Both the position numbers and the translations under genes were made by a program. The notes beneath the pieces are model-generated. The model saw only the letters and a program-made list of their open reading frames with translations. It did not search any database and was not told where the DNA came from. Below are positions 21,321 through 32,186 of a DNA stretch of 64,000 nt, piece by piece. The stretch comes from Schizochytrium sp. TIO01. Lineage: Eukaryota > Protista > Bigyra: Labyrinthulomycetes. The stretch spans positions 1,557,270-1,621,269 of the forward strand of contig SMSO01000007.1 in assembly GCA_004764695.1 (NCBI GenBank). The letters run 5' to 3'. Position 1 is the first letter of the stretch. The number at the start of each line of letters is the position of its first letter.

Positions 21321-24300
21321 ATGCAGTGTAATACGCTTGGTGAAAAGAGCCAAGACGACAAAGGAAGTAACTTAAGAAAAGCCGAGATAGTGACAGACAT
21401 AAGCTGGGAACATGAAGCGGCGACATTGAGAAATTCTAATGGATGGAAAGGACGTGTCCAAAAGCTTCGGGTTGCGCAATATCAGCGTCGAGCCCGACTC
21501 ATAGATCCAAAGCAACCTTATCAAGGGGGAAATGCAGGAATATTACCCACGAGGCCTCAGCTTCCTTCGCCATCACATAAAAAAAGCCAGAAATCACGTG
21601 GCAGGCAAGAGAATAAAGATGAGCTGTCCCCAACATCTCAGACTGAGCGAATCGAAGAGCCACATTGTACACAGACTTCAAAACAAGGTGAAGCACCTGA
21701 TTCTCAAATTACCAAAGAGTTCAAATCTTCATCACTAAACCCAATCGATGCAACCGCTCATAAAAACACGTCTATTCACCTTGTAAAAGGGGGTTTTCAA
21801 ATTGCTAAAGCAGGCGGGAAGCCAATGGTATTAAATCACGAGAACAAAAGCAACCAAAACGAATTGTTAGCTGCAATTATGGGATCTCATCAGGGCATTA
21901 GAGATAGAAATCCCAAAGAAACACCCCTTGCGATTTCGATTGCTACTATTACAGAACCGCACTGCCACAGGGTGGGGCTCTCCCCCTGTGATGAACAGTC
22001 AAAGCACCCCTCTTTACAGACAAAAAATTTAGTTAAATTACACTCTGCGAACGAAGACATCAAGTTAGTATTGTTGGATGGCAGTTGTTATGCCCGGAAT
22101 AAAGACCTGGAAGGTTTGGTGAAAACAGCAAAAAAGTGCAAAATCGAACTCCAGGATTGTCAGGCGTGGAGACAACTAGACGACCATGCTCTATGCTCTG
22201 GGGCGAAAAATAGTGCACAAAACGGAAATCATGAAGATAACAGTGGAGATTTTGACGCAGAGGAAGATGATTCCGACGATGAAAAGCCTAAAGACTCAAC
22301 ACTACAACAGTTATACACAGCTCTTCGTGTCTTGCGCACCATGAGGGATGCATTAGATGAAACCTCGGCCAAGGTTGTGTCTGAGTTGCTGCGTTGCATT
22401 GACCACGTTGTTTTCTGGGATACCACAAGAAGTTTCGCTGCTGTCGTTCACGCTCAAGAGCGCGAGCGGGCAGGTGTGATTAGAGAACATGGAGTTTGGA
22501 CTGCGCGAATTGCAGAAACTGAGGAAAAAGTAAAAGCGATGCGCGAACTGCTTACAAAGGCAACCAGCGAGCGTAAGGCCTGGCAAGGAAATTTGTTCAA
22601 AGCAAATGAATCTAAGCGAGATATTGAAAATGAAGAAGCAAATCTAAATGAAGAACTGCGGCAGCGCCGTATCAAGACACGCGCAATGATTGTAGAGCTC
22701 GACAACTTGGAATCTCGTTTGGCTGCATCAGAGAATGACCTTCAGGTGGAGCTCGCAGAGGAGGAGAAATTAAATAGTGAGATTAATGAGATACAACGAC
22801 AACACATAGCCCTCAAAGAATATTATCGTGAGCTTCATGGTGCGGAGATTGCTTTGAATATGCGTGTCCCTGAACGGACTTACAACCGAGCTCTTGGTGA
22901 ATTGGAAGCTTTGCAAGAGCATCAAAATCGTTTCGATAACCTTGAAGCTAGTTTTGCCAATGGCATGGGCCTAAAAACGATTCGCCTCGACCAGGTTCGT
23001 GAAAATCTTGAGGTCGCCAAGCGAGTACGAATTGATTTCGAAAATAGAGTGCCGGTTACTGAGCGACCCGAGAATCGAGGTATGACACCCCGGCCAGAAT
23101 GGGCAAAAATTCTGAAGGAGTACCTCCCATGCTTAAATAAGACACTTCGAAATCACCCAGCATATAGCGCCAAAGTAAGTGGGATTTCGTTAAGCGAATC
23201 CCTTGCTGTACAAAAGGCGGCAAATGTGTTTCGAGTTCAAGGACGTCGCCGAAGACCAGAACGCCTCAAACGCACTAATAGTATTGACTCGGAACCCTTT
23301 ACTTTTGCTGCCTCTCGCAAAATGCTAGAGCTTCTTCTTTCCATAAAAGATCACCATCGCCATCAAGAAAGTCAGCAAATGCAGCATGGTAATAATTATG
23401 AGCATGTTAGTGTCATTGATATGATTCAGACACAGATTAATAATGTTCGTGATAACATTGAGCTTACTCTTGATGGCCTCCGGGAAGCGGAAAAATGCAT
23501 TCCAAGGACGTCTGAATATTTTGGAAATCACACGAATGAAGCTCCCTCTGACGGAGCGCGCCCCGCACGCTCTGCAAGAAGGGCATCGATCTCATTGGAT
23601 TCGCCAAATGCTATGTTGTCCAGTATGAAAAATATGAGCCCAATATCGATGAGTTTTAATGTTAAACGACGGACATCGCGTCTTGGAACCCAAGATGGGT
23701 CTTCCACAGCATCTCCACCGTCGCCTGGATTTCCACTCTCGTCTGGAAACCCATTTGTAAGCGTTTTGGCAAGTATGCGCGAGGATGCAAGTTCTATGTC
23801 ACTAGTGCAACGAAATAGTATATCTGAAGCTACAAATTCGAACGGAAATGGTCGGAAATTGTCGGCAACTGATCAGACATATAATAATTTTGCTGAACGA
23901 GCACGAAAAGTCATTGCTAAGCGGCGAGGCGGAGCAAACAATTCAACACCTGCGCATTCAGGACGTACAGCAGTTGTAAATTCTGTAATAAAGCTTATGC
24001 AAGATGAGAAACAAAAGCGTTCTAACTCATTGAGAGGTGGGGAGCTTAGCCCTGATGGTTTCGGAAACACGAAGAACCCCGAGCGGAAGAAATCAGCTAT
24101 TTGCCTGATGGATGTGTCTGAGCTCTTAACAAAGCCTCTATCAGTAACCAGTGCTGCTGGAGCGCCAACTTTTGTAGTGTGTCTTGGCATAGACTCGAAG
24201 TTGCCCCGCTTTCTCCGTGCAAAAGGCAAAGTCCAGTTCCGACAGATTAAACCAGAAGATCTCTCCGCCATGGTAGATTCATTCATTGATGCTCGCAGTA

Positions 24301-25784
24301 CTGACCTTCAACTCAATGACAAAGCACTTGACGAGCTTATTTACCTCTTGCTGAGGAAAAAATTTGGGATTCAGAGTATCGTCACTGAGTGGGGTTATAA
24401 TTTTGTACGAGAATTGTTCGACCAGCAAGAGAACTGGGCTATTGCAAAAATTATGATGCTCATTCTCTCTGGAGAAGCTGGAGAATGCTTTCTTGCACTT
24501 GAGACGGAAATGTTGATGCAATTGCATAGTTTTTTCAAGCGCATTGACATAGAAACTCAGAAGAAGACCGCAGGATCCTCTCAAGCAGTCGGGTGCGTGC
24601 GGGTAGCAGATGTAATAGAATCATTGCACAAATTTATTCCGCGGGCACGGGCAAGTGAGCAGTCGCATTGGGGAAAGCTTCTTACCAAGGATGCTCGAGG
24701 TTTAGAATATTGCACATATGCAAGAGACCTTTTCATGGACCCTCGTAATTCTGCCTTTTTGCAAGCTATTATTCTTCATGTTGTGGACCAACTTTGCCAA
24801 AACATGAAAGGGTATGTGACAGCAATTCAGAACCTTGAGACCAAGATATCAAATGAGGATGATCCTCCAATGGCCGCCGATGATGAGTTCATGAATAACG
24901 ATCTTCCTGACAAATTTGGCGATAACAGCAGAGATAAATTTTCTCGTCAACCATCCAGAAGTCTCACAAGTAAGAGTTTTATTCGAAGTAAGACATCAAC
25001 GTCGATCAAGACAGTGACTTTGAGCATGGTCAAAGGAGCACTTGGACAAGTTGATGCAGGTGTTCCTATGGACGAAGTAATCAAAGCTATTGGACGGGTG
25101 CTTCAGTGCAAGCCTGAGCGAATTAAATGGGACAAAGAAGTCAACCCATCTATTTTTGCCCAGCAATTTCGCAAGGAAGTTATTCTATATCCCTCGCGTC
25201 CTATTCTTAATACAGATTCTGAAGTTCAGCTCGCTGACGAGTCTGGCCCGGAGCAAGGGAGCCTTGCATTCGTGGCAAAGCGAGCTCAAAGTATGCTTCG
25301 ACGTTCGGCTTCAAAGCGTGCAAGCTTTCGCGATATTCAGGTGCTTATGGGGACAGGCAATACCGATCGAGCTTCTTCTTCAAATCGTCTTAAAACCGCA
25401 TCCAAAGCTGTGACCATGTCCCTCCTCTTGTCGCGTAAAACTTCTGGCACATCCGCTGTTGTGCCCACGAAGACTCCAAAGAAATTCAAGTCCACACGGT
25501 CAACAAATAAATTTCGATCATCACGCAAACTAACTACTACAGGTAAATCTTTCGTGCGGAAGACTGGTGCAAAGAAACCGCGTGTGCTCCGGTCTGAGAA
25601 CTCATTTAGCACTCCAGCAGCCTCCAGTCTCAGCCGAGGAAACCTTGAAACCTTGACAGAGTCTATAGCTTTGTCTACAAATGACAGGCGATCTAGCAGA
25701 AGATTGCTAGATAACTTACCTAGCTTGACCGAAACCATGGCCTTAGGTGACGACGATAGTTGTAGTGATGATGACAGTTTTTGA
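21321..25784 (+). CDS. TSNAXIP1: TSNAXIP1-like (translin-associated factor X-interacting protein 1 family) coiled-coil protein
   Basis: 1487-aa ORF. A coiled coil is followed by MTPRPEW, CLGIDSKLPRFLRAKGKV and KKFGIQSIVTEWGYNF, motifs I recognise from this family. Confidence 0.7.
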   Translation: MQCNTLGEKSQDDKGSNLRKAEIVTDISWEHEAATLRNSNGWKGRVQKLRVAQYQRRARLIDPKQPYQGGNAGILPTRPQLPSPSHKKSQKSRGRQENKDELSPTSQTERIEEPHCTQTSKQGEAPDSQITKEFKSSSLNPIDATAHKNTSIHLVKGGFQIAKAGGKPMVLNHENKSNQNELLAAIMGSHQGIRDRNPKETPLAISIATITEPHCHRVGLSPCDEQSKHPSLQTKNLVKLHSANEDIKLVLLDGSCYARNKDLEGLVKTAKKCKIELQDCQAWRQLDDHALCSGAKNSAQNGNHEDNSGDFDAEEDDSDDEKPKDSTLQQLYTALRVLRTMRDALDETSAKVVSELLRCIDHVVFWDTTRSFAAVVHAQERERAGVIREHGVWTARIAETEEKVKAMRELLTKATSERKAWQGNLFKANESKRDIENEEANLNEELRQRRIKTRAMIVELDNLESRLAASENDLQVELAEEEKLNSEINEIQRQHIALKEYYRELHGAEIALNMRVPERTYNRALGELEALQEHQNRFDNLEASFANGMGLKTIRLDQVRENLEVAKRVRIDFENRVPVTERPENRGMTPRPEWAKILKEYLPCLNKTLRNHPAYSAKVSGISLSESLAVQKAANVFRVQGRRRRPERLKRTNSIDSEPFTFAASRKMLELLLSIKDHHRHQESQQMQHGNNYEHVSVIDMIQTQINNVRDNIELTLDGLREAEKCIPRTSEYFGNHTNEAPSDGARPARSARRASISLDSPNAMLSSMKNMSPISMSFNVKRRTSRLGTQDGSSTASPPSPGFPLSSGNPFVSVLASMREDASSMSLVQRNSISEATNSNGNGRKLSATDQTYNNFAERARKVIAKRRGGANNSTPAHSGRTAVVNSVIKLMQDEKQKRSNSLRGGELSPDGFGNTKNPERKKSAICLMDVSELLTKPLSVTSAAGAPTFVVCLGIDSKLPRFLRAKGKVQFRQIKPEDLSAMVDSFIDARSTDLQLNDKALDELIYLLLRKKFGIQSIVTEWGYNFVRELFDQQENWAIAKIMMLILSGEAGECFLALETEMLMQLHSFFKRIDIETQKKTAGSSQAVGCVRVADVIESLHKFIPRARASEQSHWGKLLTKDARGLEYCTYARDLFMDPRNSAFLQAIILHVVDQLCQNMKGYVTAIQNLETKISNEDDPPMAADDEFMNNDLPDKFGDNSRDKFSRQPSRSLTSKSFIRSKTSTSIKTVTLSMVKGALGQVDAGVPMDEVIKAIGRVLQCKPERIKWDKEVNPSIFAQQFRKEVILYPSRPILNTDSEVQLADESGPEQGSLAFVAKRAQSMLRRSASKRASFRDIQVLMGTGNTDRASSSNRLKTASKAVTMSLLLSRKTSGTSAVVPTKTPKKFKSTRSTNKFRSSRKLTTTGKSFVRKTGAKKPRVLRSENSFSTPAASSLSRGNLETLTESIALSTNDRRSSRRLLDNLPSLTETMALGDDDSCSDDDSF

Positions 25785-26328
25785 TGCGTTTTTTGGCATT
25801 ATTACTTCAAGTAACCTTCGTGTATCTCATGTAAAAAGAATATTCGAGAGATATGATTTCCATCGTTTGCTTGTATATTTACTGTAGCTTCTGTGTCTCA
25901 ATAGAACCGAACTTCTTCTTTTTGCAAATTCATCTTTGTTGACCACCAGTCCGTGGAACTAAATACCCATGTTCATCTACGAAACTTTTTTTAACCTTCA
26001 AACAGACTGTTTATACATCAGATACGCTGAGTGCCGGCATGCTTGTCAAGCGTTGTACACGAGTACTAGGTCTATTCGTCTCTCACTTAAGTATGCACGT
26101 CTCGCTGACGCTGGCACATCCAATCAGGTTTTGGGCTCTAGTTACATAATCTCGCTTAAGCGGCTCTAACAGTATGTTATTCCTCAACATTTCAACTTTA
26201 ACGTGTGTCAAAAATTCCGTGTGGGACCCAAACCTCCATGTCACGATTAGCCTACAGCACAAGGAGTGTAAGGTGATAGGTTGGAGGAAACGGAGCTCAC
26301 TCCACTAACCAAGCACCATAAGGTGCTG

Positions 26329-28059
26329 ATGCCTCGCGAAGTAATCACTGTACAGGTGGGGCAGTGCGGCAACCAAGTGGGCCGCAGTTTCTGGTCCCGA
26401 GTGCTTCAAGAACATGCCTCAGCCTCTCCAGACGGCCGCTTCGATGCTCCTATGAGCGCGTACTTTCGAAATGTCAACGCCCGGTCTGGAGCCGCTCTCG
26501 ACGACCTCAACGGCCCTATCAGCTGCCTCAAAGCCCGAGCGGTGCTCATTGACACGGAAGAAGGCGTGCTCGCGCAAACGCTTTCAGGGCCATTACGAGA
26601 GCTCTTCGACGAACATGAATTCGTAAAAGGTGTCTCTGGCGCAGGAAATAATTTTGCGCATGGTTTTTATGGATATGGAGAAGAATATGCAGAGAAGATT
26701 GCAGAGTCCCTGCGCAGGGAGGTTGAACGGTGTGAATCCCTGCAGGCATTTTTTTTATTGCATTCCACAGGTGGTGGCACTGGGTCCGGACTTGGGTCCA
26801 GAACTCTTAGCATCATCGAAGATCACTTTCCAGGAAAGTTTAGGTTTGCAGCACCAATTTTACCGTAAGTTTTCATTGAGTTTAATGGTATATAGTATCA
26901 CAGGTACGGAGATTGAGTGTCGAGATAAAAGGGAACTGAAGTCTACGTCTTGAATGGTCGTGTGAGCTTATGAGATTACGAAGCAGTTAATGAATTGTGC
27001 CCTCAATGCAGTTGTTGTTTGAATATTGTTTTTTAATGCACAAACAACTAGCATCGATAACCATAATTGAGTTGGAGACCAGAATTTCACTGACAATAAT
27101 AAATTCATGTTGATGTACCGCTGGGAAACTGCTTTCACAGTTCAGAAGATGATGATGTAATTACATCACCTTACAATGCTGCATTTTCACTGCATGAGCT
27201 GCGTGAACACGCAGACTGTATATTCCCTATGAGTAACCAGGCTCTCATGGATGCCTCCAGGGAGGCAGAGATGATTGAGAGTCGTAAGGTCAAGCGCGGA
27301 GAAAGGCCTCGAGGTCTCGGATCACAAACAAGGGTAACAGCTGAGAATGGTAATGGACCTAAATCTGCACGTAATCGTAAAGACGCGTTTGATGAGATGA
27401 ATGGCATAGCAGCACAGATGATTTCCAATCTTACAAGCTGTGCTCGGTTCCCTGGAAAGATGAACCTCGATCTCAGCGAATTGACAACAAATCTTGTTCC
27501 ATTTCCCCGAATGCAGTTTTTACTTTCGGGACTTAGCCCACTTGCAGGAGAACACGATAGATCCTCCCGTGAAGCGCAAAAACAACAAGTAGACCGTATG
27601 TTTGCTGGAGTTTTGTCTCGTTCTAACCAACTATTAAAAGCGGACCCTCTGAATGGTCGATTTTTGGCCTGTGCAATGCTCGTTAGAGGCCCTGTCAACC
27701 TAGCAGACATTCACCGAAATGTAGAGCGGCTGGCCGACCAGATTCACCTCCCATCCTGGAACCCAGACGCGTTCAAATTAGGTCTTTGTAATGCAAAGCC
27801 GGCAGATCAGCATCACTCTATGATTTGTCTAGCTAACAATTCTTCTATTCGCTGCGTCTTTGAAGGAATGGAGGAACGATTCAGAACTTTGTACGGACCC
27901 CGCCGAAAAGCCTACACTCACCACTATACTAATTATATGGAGGAAGGTCAATTTGAGGTGGCACTCGAAACTCTCGCTTCACTGCAGTACGACTATCACG
28001 AGAAATTTGATGAAACCGAAGAGCTTGCAGCAAGTGCTGATTTACCTATTCTACTATAA
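26329..28059 (+). CDS. TUBE1: Epsilon-tubulin; join(26329..26864,27141..28059), ~484 aa
   Basis: MPREVITVQVGQCGNQVG, LKARAVLIDTEEGV, SGAGNNFAHG and GGGTGSG. Removing the GTAAGT...TTTCACAG intron (phase 2) restores the epsilon-type motif PSEDDDVITSPYN. Confidence 0.93.
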
Positions 28060-28516
28060 CCTTGTTTTAGAAACAAATGATATTGTAATTTGAACTTAAG
28101 ATAATGAAACTTGTTAGGTCCGCTGTTCAATTTTAATAAAGTGTTCAGAAGAGAAGTTCTCACTTATGGAATAACAATATCTGTGAATTCAAAATACTTT
28201 GCTCTCAAATTGTAAGATCATCAAAGGATTCAAGTTAAATTGCTATTTTCGTGAAAAATAAGGTTTTCTGAGCGAAACATTTTCAGTTTTATGACTTTAC
28301 ATTTCTTGCTATCTTCAGAGCGGAGGTCTATGTAGTATTGCTCTTGTACTTGCAAAGTTGTAGTATTATTTATTTATTTATTTATTAAACCTTTCCGGGG
28401 ACATCAGGATATTCAAGAGCAGTACGTACGTCTTCGATCAGATAAACGCTGATTGAGATACTGAAATGCAATATATAGGCTCTGAGAGTGAATAGAAAAG
28501 CACTTCAAGAGCCATT

Positions 28517-30481
28517 TTACAACTCATCCTTCTCGCCCATAATATCAAAGTCCTGAGGAATTTGTTCGCCGTAGTATTCGTCACCAACCTGAGCATCGGC
28601 GTAAGGGTCTTCTTTCTCGGGGAATGGTTCAACCTCGCCATCCTTAATGCCTTGGGCGAAAGCCTGAAGACGCTCGACCGTAACCTCCTTACCAGGAACA
28701 CCGTCCTTTTTATCGCCATCAAGCAGGGGATAGATACCACCGCCATTCTCAATGTCGGCAGCACTGACAGCACGGATAAACATTCGGTCAGATCCGGCTT
28801 CAACGTTGACTTCAAAGAACTCAAGAGCGTAGTCCATATCAGCATCACTGGGGTCAATGTGCGCAAAGAGAGCATAGCGGCGGCTTACAGTCTTGGCAAA
28901 CTCTTCGATAGATTTCAGCGCAGGGTTGCTCGGACTGCAAATGATGAAGTAAATCAATTCCGAACCGCTCTCGATTGCCTCATCAAGAAAGTCATCAGAG
29001 AACTTGGAGATTGTGGGCATAGAATACACATTCACCTGAATTGCCACATCAAGCGGGTCCTGGAAGTCAACATCATCAGCAGTTATTGTACTGACAATAC
29101 CAGCTTCGTTAGCCACCACGAAGATAGGGCCGCTCTGGGCTTCCAGGGCCTCGAAGGTAGCAGCTGGGGTGTTCTTGGAAACAGCAAAGGCAGGGGAAGC
29201 ACCATAGGCACCCTGTTCCAATGACTCTGCAATCTCGTTTCCGGGTACTAGGAGAACAGCTGCACGCTGATTCGGATAAGAGGCCAAGAAAGAATCAACA
29301 TCAGCCTTAGAGGCAGCCTCCAGCTCCTTAACAAATGTTGGGCCCATCTTGGACTTGATCCAGTCTACCATCACTGCAGGATCCTGACGTTCATGAGAAA
29401 ATTCAAAGGCCTGACCCTTGCGAACCCACTTGAGCGTTGGGAAGCCCTCAATACCGTACTCGGCACCGATGTTTTCTTCCGCAGTGGCGTCAACCTTGGC
29501 AACGACAACGTTAAGGCCCTCGCTCTTGACCATGGCAGCAAGGTTTTCATAGACCGGGGCCAAACGTTGGCAGTAACCACACCAAGGAGCGTAGAATTCG
29601 ACAACGACGAACTCATTCTCATTCAAAGTACTCTGAAAGTTAGCAGAGGTGAGCTCCACAACATCACTGGGGATGGCGGTAGCTTCAAGCAAGAAAGTCT
29701 TAGTAGCCTCGCTGGAGGGGAGCTTGCTGAGAGCCTGCACCTTGACTCCATGACGGTCGCTGAGAATAACAACGAGACCCTCCTCAGCACCATCACTGCT
29801 CACAGCACCTCCAAGTCCAGCCTCAACATCCTTCATTGGGGAAGTACTCTCGTAAACAGCAAAGCGAAGGCCATCAGTGTCAGCCTTGCGAATCTCGTCC
29901 ATAGCCTCGCGGATAGCCGCAACCTTTGAAACGTCCTTGGTGGCGAGCACAACTAAGGCATCCTTATATGTCACAGTCTCACGTAGCTTGAGGAAAGAGC
30001 CCAGGGTTGAGGAGTCTTTCAGAGTTTCCATTGGTTTAAGTGCGTGCTTCTTGACAAAGCTAACAACGCCGTCCGTGTCCATACTCGCCGCAACTGGCTC
30101 GCCGCTCTCAATACTTGAGCCAGCAGGGAACCACTTCAGAGTGGGGAAGGCCTCGATCTCGTACTTCTTTGCGATGTCACGGAAGTTGTCAGCGTCAATC
30201 TCAGCAAAGATAGTTTTGCTGATCTCGCCAGAGTCCTCGAGGCTTTTGACGCGCTGGGCGGCGCTCTGGAATTCTGGAGTGAACATCTTGCAGTTGCTGC
30301 ACCATGGTGCCATGAAAAGTACGAGGACATTAGTCTGGTCATCCAGCTTTGCCTTGAGACGCGTCTCGAAGTCGTCGCCAAAGAGAATTTCAAAGTTCTC
30401 GCTAGCTTCAGCATTAACAGAAAGCAAGTTAGTCGCGATAACAGCAAGTGCTGCAATTAAAAGGTGGACGAACTTGTTCAT
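28517..30481 (-). CDS. ER protein disulfide-isomerase family protein
   Basis: Signal peptide, two thioredoxin active sites (APWCSNCK and APWCGYCQ) and a C-terminal KDEL. Confidence 0.93.
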   Translation of the reverse strand: MNKFVHLLIAALAVIATNLLSVNAEASENFEILFGDDFETRLKAKLDDQTNVLVLFMAPWCSNCKMFTPEFQSAAQRVKSLEDSGEISKTIFAEIDADNFRDIAKKYEIEAFPTLKWFPAGSSIESGEPVAASMDTDGVVSFVKKHALKPMETLKDSSTLGSFLKLRETVTYKDALVVLATKDVSKVAAIREAMDEIRKADTDGLRFAVYESTSPMKDVEAGLGGAVSSDGAEEGLVVILSDRHGVKVQALSKLPSSEATKTFLLEATAIPSDVVELTSANFQSTLNENEFVVVEFYAPWCGYCQRLAPVYENLAAMVKSEGLNVVVAKVDATAEENIGAEYGIEGFPTLKWVRKGQAFEFSHERQDPAVMVDWIKSKMGPTFVKELEAASKADVDSFLASYPNQRAAVLLVPGNEIAESLEQGAYGASPAFAVSKNTPAATFEALEAQSGPIFVVANEAGIVSTITADDVDFQDPLDVAIQVNVYSMPTISKFSDDFLDEAIESGSELIYFIICSPSNPALKSIEEFAKTVSRRYALFAHIDPSDADMDYALEFFEVNVEAGSDRMFIRAVSAADIENGGGIYPLLDGDKKDGVPGKEVTVERLQAFAQGIKDGEVEPFPEKEDPYADAQVGDEYYGEQIPQDFDIMGEKDEL

Positions 30482-31510
30482 CTTGAGCGACCAACTATAA
30501 TTAACTGCAAAAACTATCTAGATTGTTCTTTGCAAATCTCTTATGATTCCAATTTCACAAGCGAGGAAGGTACGCGTGAGCTTTCACTGCGAGCTTCTAC
30601 TTAGCAGGCTCCACAGACTCCCAATCAGCAAGCGACCGATTCCTAACGCTTTTCGAGCCCTCCGGAGGACGGAGTCGAGCAGCTCAAACACGAGCCAGCT
30701 CTTCGATCCACGGAAGTCACAAGCTGCTACGCGAGCCTGATCCTTCGAAGTTTCCCACGATCGCCGATTTCCAAGTTAAACTTCTGCTGGGGTCCTCGCT
30801 CGGCGGTTGGTCGCAAACTCTGGAGGGCTCTTTCTCAATCTTTGCTTCTTTTCGTGAAAATTCGTTCTTCTTCCATTTCAACTGAAAATTTCAGTTGATT
30901 TCCGGCTCTTCCTTTGAAATCTAAAGCGCTAACTTGATTGTTTTGGCATGAGTTTTTACGCAAACTAAGAGATCTCAAGGCAGAGTACTATGACAGCAAT
31001 GAGAGGTTGTCTTGGCTTGAGCGTTAAGCTCAAAGAGTGCAAGAAGTTATCTCGAGCTGGCATGCGAGAGTAGCTCTCATACATTCTGATGATACACGTT
31101 ATGCCCTCGAGTTCTTCGGGTTCTTCTTCTTCGTCATTTCGTTCTTTCGATGATTTATTCTTTTCTTTGCAGCCTTTATATCATATATGACAGGCAGGTA
31201 AATAAATATAAATATTTTTAATTCCTCTCCAGTTGATTCGATTTCATCCAAAGTTCGCGCGAACTGATTTCTTGAAGAGTGCTTACTAATGTTCAATTGC
31301 AGAGAGGACATTGAAGTAGAGCCGCAGGACCTTGATTAGGTGGGTCTCTCGCCATGTCAGCTGATCCTGCTGATTTGGTACATCAAACTTCTCCGATAAT
31401 CTCCACAATTTCGTCAAATAGTTTACTATGGAATTCTAATTGCACTTCTACTGTGTATATAACCTCATGCCACGTCAGATCTAGTCTCTTTTAGTCCCTC
31501 GAGAAAAGGG

Positions 31511-31588
31511 GTTATGATAAAATAAATATGATATAGACCTTTTTATAATATATTATAATACTATTGAGAAGGTCTATATTATCATAAC
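31511..31588. repeat. Imperfect AT-rich inverted repeat
   Basis: GTTATGATAA...ATATAGACCTT pairs with AAGGTCTATAT...TATCATAAC. Confidence 0.6.
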
Positions 31589-32186
31589 AAAAGTTCTATA
31601 GAACCCCACACATAGATTAGTACTATAAATCAACTCCAGGAACGATGAATCCGTTGGACTTCTTTTCAGAAGAGCGTTGACAGGAATAAGAGAGAGGCCA
31701 TGCACGTAAGAGGGAGGGAGCTGCAATTATCAGCGTTACCTCAATTAGGAGATGGGTTTCGTGGAGACATAAAGATGCTGTAAAGTATATTTTTGATGTA
31801 TTGACATTAGAGGTTATAAATAATAAAAGAAGCGTGAAGAGAAGATAAATACACACACGACTACGAAAGAACTGTATTCTTTATAGCTAAAATCAGTACT
31901 AGTAGGGAGAACTCGTGCACTCAGGTTTGGTGCTGTTGAAAAACACAAGAAAAGTGGTGTCTGTAAGCTGATTGATTGTCTGCTGTAACATATATAGTAC
32001 AAAATCGGGCGCTGTGAGCAATCTATCTGCGCTGCGAACTGTCTTCGATTGTATATTTACTCGTCAAGATTTGCGCAGCAGGGTCCTGACCTAGTCTTTG
32101 CATGGGCAATTGAGCCGCCCTTCCTGTGCCCCCACCAATCTGCCATTGAGCTTTCTTGAGCAAGCCGCTACTTCTTGAGCAAGATC

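Noticed and set aside
28562-30500. Long plus-strand ORFs opposite the PDI gene
   Set aside because: Antisense shadows of a codon-biased gene, with no recognisable motifs.
26120-32140. CCAATC boxes upstream of epsilon-tubulin (26120), PDI (30621) and CFAP44 (32135)
   Set aside because: Plausible promoter elements, but a 6-mer occurs often by chance and cannot be supported without TSS data.
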